A stretch of DNA of 64,000 nucleotides from Candidatus Bathyarchaeota archaeon. GTDB taxonomy: Archaea; Thermoproteota; Bathyarchaeia; Bathyarchaeales; Bathycorpusculaceae. The position numbers and the translations under genes are program-made. The notes under the pieces were generated by a model. The model was not told the origin of the DNA. It ran no database searches and was given only the letters and a program-made list of their open reading frames with translations. Positions 30,901 to 38,610 of this stretch are shown here, piece after piece. The first letter of the stretch is position 1. Each line of letters opens with the position of its first letter. The stretch covers positions 100,310-164,309 of the forward strand of contig CAVXEQ010000005.1 of the NCBI GenBank assembly GCA_963760905.1. The letters are read 5' to 3'.

Positions 30901-32262
30901 ATGCCCCTCAAACTCCTCAGAGAAGTCGAAGAAGAAACAGCAAACCTCCTAAGCCAACTTATCCAAATAGACACTACCAACCCGCCCGGAAACGAAACCG
31001 ATGCGGCAAAATATCTTGCAGAAAACCTTGCCAACGAAGGGGTGAACTGTGAAATCGTCGAATCTGCACCAAAAAGAGGCAGTGTTATCACACGCCTTGA
31101 AGGCTCAGGGGAAAAACCCCGTTTACTGCTTTTGTCGCATCTGGACGTTGTTGCCGCTAATCAAGCAGAATGGACGGTGAACCCTTTTGCCGGGGAAATC
31201 AAAGACGGTTTTGTTTGGGGACGTGGAGCTTTAGACATGAAGGGTATGACTGCAGTAGAGGTCATAACTCTTAAGTTGCTGAAACGGAACGATGTGAAGC
31301 TTAAGGGGGATGTGATTTTGGCGGCAACGGCTGATGAGGAAATGGGCGGCGTTTGCGGAGCGGATTTTCTGCTACGGAATTATCCTGAGAAGCTTTTTGC
31401 TGAGTACGTTTTGAACGAGGGGGGTGGTTCATCTATTTCAACGCATGCGAAGAACGTGTTTACGGTGAATACTGCTGAAAAAGGCTTGCTCTGGTTTAGA
31501 GTTAAAGCCAAGGGGATTCCTGGTCATGGCTCTATGCCTGATGCAGCTGACAACGCCATTATGCGCATGAATAATGTAGTTGCTAAGATAGGGGCCTTCC
31601 GTAGCACGTCCGAGCTTGTTCCTACGATGAACCAGTTTCTATCTGAGCTCGCACTTGCGGATTCCAGCTTAAAAGAGCCTTTGACGCAGATTTTGACGAA
31701 TCCAGAAAAGAGCGATTTGTTGCTTGATGAGCTGGAGAAAACTGCTCCCGCAATCGCTGATGAAATTCGTCCAAGACTCAAAATGACCATCACGCCAACA
31801 ATAATCAATGGCGGTGTGAAGGAAAATGTGATACCTTCGGAGTGTACCGCGGTTTTTGATTGCCGGGTGCTTCCTGGGCACCCCATATCGGAAGCTCAAG
31901 CCAAAGTTAGGGAGTTGCTTGCGGATGTAGGTCTGGATAAGCTTTCGTTTGAGACCATTCAAGCGCAGGAACCTTCGGAGTCGCCTGTAGACACTCCTCT
32001 TTACGGCGTGATAAAGAGCGTTCTTGGCGAGATTGAGCCAAACTGCGCTGTGGCTCCTTCGCTTATGACTGGAGGAACAGATAGCCGTTTCTTCCGCCGA
32101 ATGGGTGCCGTGTGCTACGGTTTTCACCCGCTACGTAGCGAAACGCGTTTTGGAGAAAAGGCAACTAGACGGGAACATGGTATCGATGAGCGGATTTCGG
32201 TTGAAAACTTGGTTTTTGGGGTTAGCGTGTTGTATGAGACGGTTAGGCGATTCATGAGTTAA
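30901..32262 (+). CDS. M20-family metallopeptidase (ArgE/DapE/ACY1 type)
   Basis: LLSHLDVV, GRGALDMKG and ADEEMGG motifs. Confidence 0.9.
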   Translation: MPLKLLREVEEETANLLSQLIQIDTTNPPGNETDAAKYLAENLANEGVNCEIVESAPKRGSVITRLEGSGEKPRLLLLSHLDVVAANQAEWTVNPFAGEIKDGFVWGRGALDMKGMTAVEVITLKLLKRNDVKLKGDVILAATADEEMGGVCGADFLLRNYPEKLFAEYVLNEGGGSSISTHAKNVFTVNTAEKGLLWFRVKAKGIPGHGSMPDAADNAIMRMNNVVAKIGAFRSTSELVPTMNQFLSELALADSSLKEPLTQILTNPEKSDLLLDELEKTAPAIADEIRPRLKMTITPTIINGGVKENVIPSECTAVFDCRVLPGHPISEAQAKVRELLADVGLDKLSFETIQAQEPSESPVDTPLYGVIKSVLGEIEPNCAVAPSLMTGGTDSRFFRRMGAVCYGFHPLRSETRFGEKATRREHGIDERISVENLVFGVSVLYETVRRFMS

Positions 32263-32339
32263 TGGGCAGGTGCCTCTAACTCCAACTTTTTGTTTTATAT
32301 CTTATCGGCTTTACTCGGCATCTCGAATAAAACATAGAA

Positions 32340-32413
32340 GCGCATTTGTTATCTTAATGCTGATTGAGCATCCGTCTATTAATCGGCAGGGGTCAAATCC
32401 CATTCTATGCGCC
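32340..32413 (+). other. tRNA-like relic (acceptor-type pairing and T-loop-like GGGGTCAAATCCC; not a canonical cloverleaf)
   Basis: 5' GCGCATT pairs in 6 of 7 positions with 3' TATGCGC. The T-stem and anticodon stem do not form properly in my hand fold. Confidence 0.3.
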
Positions 32414-32449
32414 AAACAGAAGGTTTTGTAACGTTTAGTTTTTTTTCGC

Positions 32450-32680
32450 CTATTTTGCGTTTGATGCTGCAAGATGCTCTAATAACGCTTTGAGCCTGGG
32501 GCAATCTTTGAATTTTTCACCGTTTTCGCATAGCTCCTTCTTCTCCTCAGCACTTGGTGTAAACGTTAAATTAGAACTGCCCGAGTGGGCATAACACTTC
32601 TCGCCTGAAAAATAAATACATCGCATTTTCAAGTCTCCTGATCTCAGTATTTGATTTATTTCGGTTTTAAACTTTTTCAT
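32450..32680 (-). CDS. Hypothetical Cys-containing small protein (76 aa)
   Basis: ORF only. No family recognised. Confidence 0.4.
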   Translation of the reverse strand: MKKFKTEINQILRSGDLKMRCIYFSGEKCYAHSGSSNLTFTPSAEEKKELCENGEKFKDCPRLKALLEHLAASNAK

Positions 32681-32773
32681 CAGTTCTTTGTTGGGTAACT
32701 TAAGGTATCAGTCGCAGGCAAAGCTTTTATTTTCAATTTTATCTAGATTTTCAACTGTGCGGGTGAGGCTTTC

Positions 32774-33442
32774 TTGGAATCTGAGATGCTGCAAAGACTT
32801 GCTGACAAATCAATCACGAAAGAAACGCTTTATAGGGATATCTGCAAGAACTTTGAGTTGCTTCCAGAAGTGCTTAATGGAGTGCTTAATGGAGTCTCTT
32901 CTCCAAAAGCAAATGTTAGGTACGGTTGCAGCAGCATCTTGGTAGATTTAAGCGCCAAGTTCCCAGAGAAACTATATTCATATATGGACGCGTTTATTGC
33001 GCTCTTGGACAGCAAATATCGAATCCTCAAGTGGAACGCCATGGCGGTCCTCGCGAACCTCTGCACCGTAGATGTGAACCGAAAGTTTGACGCCATATTC
33101 GAGACGTATTTTGGCTTCCTAAGCGACGAGTACCTTGTCACCGTAGCCAACGTCGTCAGCAATTCGGGCAAAATCGCGAGGGCAAAACCCTACCTTGCCC
33201 CAAAAATCTCCACTGAACTCCTCAAAGTAGAAAACATTGCCACGTCACCCCATCTTACTGAAGAATGCAAACGAGTCATAGCTGAACACGCCATCAAATC
33301 CTTCAACATTTTCTTCGACACGCTTGGCAACAGTGATAAGGCTAAAGTGGTTTCTTTTGTGAAGCGGCAAGTTGATAGCCCAAGAAAAACTCTCAAGCGG
33401 GAAGCGGAAGCCTTTCTTGAGCAGTGGACTCTTAATAGGTGA
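32774..33442 (+). CDS. HEAT/ARM-like repeat protein
   Basis: 222 aa with a helical-repeat character (NVRYGCSSILVDLSAKFPEKL..., ILKWNAMAVLANL). The functional call is weak. Confidence 0.5.
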   Translation: MESEMLQRLADKSITKETLYRDICKNFELLPEVLNGVLNGVSSPKANVRYGCSSILVDLSAKFPEKLYSYMDAFIALLDSKYRILKWNAMAVLANLCTVDVNRKFDAIFETYFGFLSDEYLVTVANVVSNSGKIARAKPYLAPKISTELLKVENIATSPHLTEECKRVIAEHAIKSFNIFFDTLGNSDKAKVVSFVKRQVDSPRKTLKREAEAFLEQWTLNR

Positions 33443-33572
33443 TCCTGAAAAGCATCTGCCTAATCCCCGCTAGCATGCATTTGCTTGCAATTCTAATCAG
33501 GAAACCCCACTTTTAAACATCAAAACCAGAATTTTTGAAGCCCTTGGACGGAAACTGAATTCCGAAGCTTTC

Positions 33573-33860
33573 TCACAGAGGCTTCCAAATGCATTTTATT
33601 GCGCCTTTCGGGCAAGCCAAAACACACGGTGCCTTGTTTTCTTGTGGCTTACATTCTGCGCAGGTGTAACGGATTTTTTTCCGATGTGCTTCAGAAACGG
33701 CAGCGACATCTTTGTCTTCCAAATCGATGAATTCCGTGACCATCTCCAAAGCCGCCTGCGGGCATTTTTGGATGCATTCGCGGCAGCCGTTGCATTTGTC
33801 CGAGTCAATCACTATAAAGTATTCGCCTGAACCGTCTATGTAGCCGTAGTGCACAATCAC
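33573..33860 (-). CDS. 2x[4Fe-4S]-type ferredoxin
   Basis: CNGCRECIQKCP and CAEC...CVLACP motifs. It is the last gene of the seven-gene operon. Confidence 0.8.
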   Translation of the reverse strand: MIVHYGYIDGSGEYFIVIDSDKCNGCRECIQKCPQAALEMVTEFIDLEDKDVAAVSEAHRKKIRYTCAECKPQENKAPCVLACPKGAIKCIWKPL

Positions 33861-33870
33861 GCTTTGTGCC

Positions 33871-34776
33871 TCAGTTACCTTGAGACTTTAGGAGCAACGC
33901 TTTTCCCAAAAGCGCAGCACCTGTTGCCCCAGCAACCATCGGGTCTAAGCCGCCTTCCCGCCAATTCGGCGACGGAAGTGTCTTCACACCCAAGATGTTC
34001 TCGACTCTGTTAACTATGCCCATATTTTTGGATTGCCCACCAGTTATTACAAGTTCTTTTTCGAGGCCTACGCGGTTGATTAGGTTAGCCATCCTGACTG
34101 CCATAGCACGCGTATAAGCGGCGAGCACCTTTTCTCTCGACCACCCTTTACGCAGTAGCCCAACTGCTTCGGTTTTGGCGTATGCCACACAAGTGCAGCT
34201 TACAGGTTCGGGTTCCTCGTCAAGCGACAAGGAAACTCTGCCGATGTCTTCGATGGGAATCTGCAACAGGTCAGCAAAGACTTCCATGCCCCGGCCAGTG
34301 CCTGCCGCGCATTTGTCGTTCATGAGAAAAGAGGTAACTCTGCCTGTTTCGTCGCAGTGAATAGCTTTAATGTCTTGCCCGCCAACATCAAGGATAGTTC
34401 TAACGGATGGTCCCCAAATGTAGTTTGCGCCCTTCGCGTGGCAGGCAATCTCAGTGATGGCTTTGTTTGCCATGGGAACGTTTACCCTGCCGTAGCCAGT
34501 GCCTACGGTATATTTGATGTCTTCCTGTTTGAGTCCCGTGTCCTGCAGGACCATGCCCATGACTTTTTTGGCGCTGTCGGGGCTATTTGAACCGGTTCGT
34601 GTGACTGCCCATGCGTACAGGTCTCCATCAATCATAATTGCAGCTTTAGAACCCACTGACCCCACATCTACTCCTGCGGTGATTAGGTCTTTGTTTTTCC
34701 AGCTTTTGTCAGTGCGGACCCTGTGGTATTCCTGCCATCGCCAGTATTCTATTGGGTCCTTATGTTTCTCTGTCAT
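33871..34776 (-). CDS. BcrAD/BadFG-family ATPase (activase/reductase subunit), paralog 2
   Basis: Acetate/sugar-kinase (ASKHA) fold motifs DVGSVGSKA, NDKCAAGTGRG and GGQSKN. A 4-nt overlap with the upstream paralog. Confidence 0.9.
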   Translation of the reverse strand: MTEKHKDPIEYWRWQEYHRVRTDKSWKNKDLITAGVDVGSVGSKAAIMIDGDLYAWAVTRTGSNSPDSAKKVMGMVLQDTGLKQEDIKYTVGTGYGRVNVPMANKAITEIACHAKGANYIWGPSVRTILDVGGQDIKAIHCDETGRVTSFLMNDKCAAGTGRGMEVFADLLQIPIEDIGRVSLSLDEEPEPVSCTCVAYAKTEAVGLLRKGWSREKVLAAYTRAMAVRMANLINRVGLEKELVITGGQSKNMGIVNRVENILGVKTLPSPNWREGGLDPMVAGATGAALLGKALLLKSQGN

Positions 34777-35561
34777 TTTTGAACACCTTTCGCTCGGCTT
34801 GCGGCCGTAAGTGCTGCGCCCAATGCACCCGCGTACTCCGGATTCTCGGGAACAAGAATAGCTATTCCAAGCTTTCTTTTTAGTGATTCGATGAAACCGA
34901 CGTCTTTGGCCACGCCCCCAACGAGAACAATATCAGGGTTTATGCCCAGCCTGTGGACCATGGATGAGATGCGGTCGGCCATAGCGTCGAAAACGGCTCG
35001 GGCGATCTCTGGCTTCGATTCCTGCCGATGAATAAGTGAAACTACATCGGATTCCCCGAAGATTACGCAGCTTGCGTTGATTGGGCTGGCGCGTTCTGCC
35101 TTTAAGCTTAGGGGACCCATATCCTCCATTTTTACCTCTAGGGCTCTTGCCATGGCTTCGATGAAGGTACCTGCTCCTGCAGCGCACCGCTCGTTAACTA
35201 CGAAGTCAACCATAATGCCCCGTTCGTCGCATTTGACAGCCCGCGCCTCTTCAGCTCCAACGTCGATTACTGTTCGAGCGGAGGGAAACAAGTGAACTCC
35301 TGCTTTGGCATCAGCGCCCATCATGCTAACGTTGCCCTTCGAGTATGGTGCCATGTCCATGCCAGAGCCCGTAGCCAAGATTAAGCTTACTTCGTCTCTG
35401 GTCACTTTGGCAGCACCTAGAGCTTCAGCGAAGGCTTGCTCCGCTGCCTTGTTGGGTTCAAATCCTGAGAAAACTTTCGCCCGCGCAATAACCTCTCCGT
35501 CTTTGAGGACGACTACCTTTACGGTTTGTATACCCATGTCAAAGCCAACAGTTGTCACCAT
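34773..35561 (-). CDS. BcrAD/BadFG-family ATPase (activase/reductase subunit), paralog 1
   Basis: VGFDMGIQTVK, NERCAAGAGTF, NASCVIFGESD and VGGVAKD motifs. Confidence 0.9.
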   Translation of the reverse strand: MVTTVGFDMGIQTVKVVVLKDGEVIARAKVFSGFEPNKAAEQAFAEALGAAKVTRDEVSLILATGSGMDMAPYSKGNVSMMGADAKAGVHLFPSARTVIDVGAEEARAVKCDERGIMVDFVVNERCAAGAGTFIEAMARALEVKMEDMGPLSLKAERASPINASCVIFGESDVVSLIHRQESKPEIARAVFDAMADRISSMVHRLGINPDIVLVGGVAKDVGFIESLKRKLGIAILVPENPEYAGALGAALTAASRAKGVQK

Positions 35562-35573
35562 AAGAGTTCGCCT

Positions 35574-36905
35574 CTAAAAGTCCACTCTCGCCGCCAGCAT
35601 TTCAAGGAATGCTTCAACCCGCGTCTTCATTTGCCCCACATCTTCCCGAGTGTATTCTGTATCTAAGTAATAAACGGGGATGTTCAGTTTGTCCAACGCC
35701 TTCTTCACTCTGGTATACTCCATTGCGTAAAGCATGCAGCCGCGGACCACATAGTAGATGACGCCTTGCGCTTTGTTCTCTTTAACTTTGGTTATGAGCC
35801 AGTTTATGCGGTCTTCGTTGCCGTCTTTTGACGTGAAGCAGGGACAAGTAGAAGCCATAAGGTAGCGTTCAGCTATGCCGTTGATCATGTCGTCCATTGT
35901 CCACTCATCTATACCCACGGGATCATAGAGGACTCTGTCGCTGGAACATAACTCGTCACCAACTAACACACCCTGAGGAGTCGCCTCTTCAATGAGCGTG
36001 GGCAATTTCCAGTTATCAGGCCAAAACATCGGCGTTCCAGTCACAACGACTCGGGGCGTATCAAGCGGACAAGCCCACGCCTTCTGCGCTGCGCGCTTAT
36101 CCAACTCGTCGCAGAGGGCTTCAGTTTTCTCAGTCCACCGTTGAATGTTATCCCACATGCTTGCCTGATTAACCAGCATAGCATCCCTACCCATAATAAC
36201 TGGGTTACCTTTCCGGTGATCTTGAAGCCTACGGAAAGCTTTAGTCGCTTTCTGCATGGTTTCGACGGCTGCTTTCAACTTCTTAGCGGTAATCTTGTTA
36301 CCAGTAAGTTTTTCAATTTGAGTTTTGATTGATTTAATTTCTTCTTTCCATAGTTGTAAAGATTGGGCAGAGTCCTTCACTCTTGGCGGGGTCATCGTCC
36401 AAACGGGCTTGGCGTCGCTGAGAATTTCGCTGAGTTTAGTCATGCCGTCGCAAGTTAAAGTGCTTATCACAACATCGCTCAACTCCAAGTAAGGAGACAA
36501 ATCAATCATTTTGGCGCCTATCGTTGAACGGATAACTGGGCAAACTTCCACAGGCACGATGCGGTCGCCGAGCTTTGAGGTGTCATACCAGCCTGAGTTA
36601 ACGCGAACAGGAATGGCGTCTGCAGCCAAAATCAACTCGACCGGGGCGAATACGCAGAAGTATCCGATTACCTTTTTGCCCTTTGCTTTTTCTTCTCTGA
36701 TTTCTTGCTGGCGTTTCCCAAAGAAGTTTGAAATTTCATCAAAGTACTGCATGGCGGCGGGTCGGTTAGGATCGGTTTTCTTCATACGGGCAATGTTGTC
36801 GGCTATGATTTTGGCGGAAGCCGATTTGACGGTAGCGTTTAGTTCATCAATTTCTTTCTGGGGCATTTCAGGCATGTATTTTTTTTCTGCAGTTTGGCTT
36901 TTCAC
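35574..36905 (-). CDS. HGD-D family protein (2-hydroxyacyl-CoA dehydratase / benzoyl-CoA reductase B/C / double-cubane-cluster-protein superfamily)
   Basis: KKVIGYFCVFAPVELILAADAIPVRV is a typical N-terminal motif. About 10 Cys residues are present, including STCPCF. This is the only such subunit in the cluster. Confidence 0.85.
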   Translation of the reverse strand: MKSQTAEKKYMPEMPQKEIDELNATVKSASAKIIADNIARMKKTDPNRPAAMQYFDEISNFFGKRQQEIREEKAKGKKVIGYFCVFAPVELILAADAIPVRVNSGWYDTSKLGDRIVPVEVCPVIRSTIGAKMIDLSPYLELSDVVISTLTCDGMTKLSEILSDAKPVWTMTPPRVKDSAQSLQLWKEEIKSIKTQIEKLTGNKITAKKLKAAVETMQKATKAFRRLQDHRKGNPVIMGRDAMLVNQASMWDNIQRWTEKTEALCDELDKRAAQKAWACPLDTPRVVVTGTPMFWPDNWKLPTLIEEATPQGVLVGDELCSSDRVLYDPVGIDEWTMDDMINGIAERYLMASTCPCFTSKDGNEDRINWLITKVKENKAQGVIYYVVRGCMLYAMEYTRVKKALDKLNIPVYYLDTEYTREDVGQMKTRVEAFLEMLAARVDF

Positions 36906-36916
36906 TTTGAGTTCTC

Positions 36917-37900
36917 CTATTCACTATTTGATGGTTCTAACCAGTTACGAGATTTGAATATGGTTTTTCCTGCCAAATTCATTTTTAAGCATCCTTCATA
37001 TGGGCACATCTCGATGCATCGCATGCAGTTTAGACAGACTGATGTTGCGATGTCGCCTCCTTTCTGCTCGTAAACGTCGGTGACTTGCACGGGGCATACG
37101 CGTTTGCATATTCCGCACTTGGTACATTTCTCTTCAGTCTTGTTTATATGAAGTAGCGGTGCCCACTTGAACGCTTTGAATCTGTTTGCGGCGGCTAAAG
37201 ATATCCCGGTGGGGCAGAAACGGCACCAGAATCGTCTAAACATAAAGGTGCCTGCCAAGGTTAAGGCAATGAATACGTAAATAATTATGGATGTGAGGAG
37301 GGGCACGTTTATGTAATAAATTATGTCTCGGGCATAGGGGTAACTGATGCTCCATCCGATGAAGCCCAGACCTGCCACTGAACCTGCAAAGGGCACGATA
37401 AGTGGCTCAAGTGGACTTAAGAAGATATCTATGGGTCTAAAAGGACCTCTTAGAAATTCCGCTTGAATTTGAGATTGGGGAGCAACGGACAGCACGCCTA
37501 AGAACAACGGCGAAATCAGTATTATTGCTGCGATAACATATCTTAGTTTGTGTAGAATGCCGTTCACTCTTTCCGGAAGGGTCCAATATCTTATGCCTAT
37601 TTTCTTTCGAAGCAGAGCAATGAGGTCCATGTAGAATCCGAAGGGACATATCCAGCCGCAGAAGAACCTGCCGCTGAAAAGTGTCGCTGTTAAAATGACT
37701 AAGAAGAAAATCGAGAGCCATAGAGCCATTGTGAAAGAGTAAAAAACACCTACAAGAGAGACCACCTGGATGAAAATTCTGAGGTAACTCAGCTTCCTGG
37801 TTCGATCTTTTTTCCATATAAGAATGACTAATATTCCCGCCAGCGCTAAACCTACCGCTACCATCCCCGCAAATATCGTCCCCAATAGCGCTTCGTACAT
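36917..37900 (-). CDS. NapH/MauN-like polytopic membrane Fe-S protein
   Basis: CGWICPFG and WCRFCPTG membrane-proximal motifs. The C-terminus carries CTKCGICKRVCP and CLNCMRCIEMCP. Confidence 0.8.
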   Translation of the reverse strand: MYEALLGTIFAGMVAVGLALAGILVILIWKKDRTRKLSYLRIFIQVVSLVGVFYSFTMALWLSIFFLVILTATLFSGRFFCGWICPFGFYMDLIALLRKKIGIRYWTLPERVNGILHKLRYVIAAIILISPLFLGVLSVAPQSQIQAEFLRGPFRPIDIFLSPLEPLIVPFAGSVAGLGFIGWSISYPYARDIIYYINVPLLTSIIIYVFIALTLAGTFMFRRFWCRFCPTGISLAAANRFKAFKWAPLLHINKTEEKCTKCGICKRVCPVQVTDVYEQKGGDIATSVCLNCMRCIEMCPYEGCLKMNLAGKTIFKSRNWLEPSNSE

Positions 37901-37929
37901 TATGTTCAGCCTTAATGATTAGATGACCA

Positions 37930-38610
37930 TTAAATAATTATTGCGTTTATGAGGGTAACTATCCCCAATATGATGAGGGTAGCAGCGCCCAACCTTGATA
38001 TCCACTTCCTAAAGAGAGGTGCCTTATTCAGTAGCCATCCTGTTGCTCCGCCCAACAGAAGAATCGGAGATAGTGTTGTTCCTAAGCCGAATAGGACAGC
38101 TAACGCTAAGCTGTCAATTGGAGACGCAAATGTCACTGAATAGGCCAAAATCGCCAATAGCGGTGTGCATAATAATAGTCCTCTGGATAAGCCCAGTGTG
38201 TAAGCTCGAAAGTCAAAGCGGTCTCTGAGCCTTTTTGAACCCGCATTTAGGCTTCCGTTTGCGACGCAGTTGCATGAAGGCTGCTTGTTCCGAACAAGAA
38301 TCGTTACGCCAATTGCAATTGTAACTGCGCTGAATGCAAAAGAGGAGTAAGTTTGGAAGGCGTATCGAAAAGAGTCGTCCATCAGCAGTTTAAACATGCC
38401 GATGGCGGCGCCGATTATGGCGTATGCTGTCAAGCGTCCTGAATTGAAAATCAAGGTAACAAACATGCCTCGACGGAAATCTGCGTTTATTCCCGCTATG
38501 TAACTTGCCACGTATGGAAGACAGGTTGAAGTGCAAAAGACCAACCCGTACAAAAAGCCGCCTGCCAAAGCAGCAACGTACGGATTCGCAATCTCAGGCA
38601 GCAACGACAT
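37930..38610 (-). CDS. CcdA/DsbD_2-like transmembrane protein (thiol-disulfide or metal transfer)
   Basis: 226 aa with about six TM helices. Cys residues lie within TM segments (FCTSTCLPY, LLLCTPLL), and a loop carries CNC. The start overlaps the upstream gene by 17 nt. Confidence 0.6.
   Translation of the reverse strand: MSLLPEIANPYVAALAGGFLYGLVFCTSTCLPYVASYIAGINADFRRGMFVTLIFNSGRLTAYAIIGAAIGMFKLLMDDSFRYAFQTYSSFAFSAVTIAIGVTILVRNKQPSCNCVANGSLNAGSKRLRDRFDFRAYTLGLSRGLLLCTPLLAILAYSVTFASPIDSLALAVLFGLGTTLSPILLLGGATGWLLNKAPLFRKWISRLGAATLIILGIVTLINAIII

Noticed and set aside
37437-37817. 126-aa ORF inside the NapH-like gene, together with several plus-strand ORFs across 33.6-41.5 kb and 42.9-45.2 kb
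   Set aside because: All are embedded in long, motif-supported minus-strand genes and are antisense or alternative-frame shadows.
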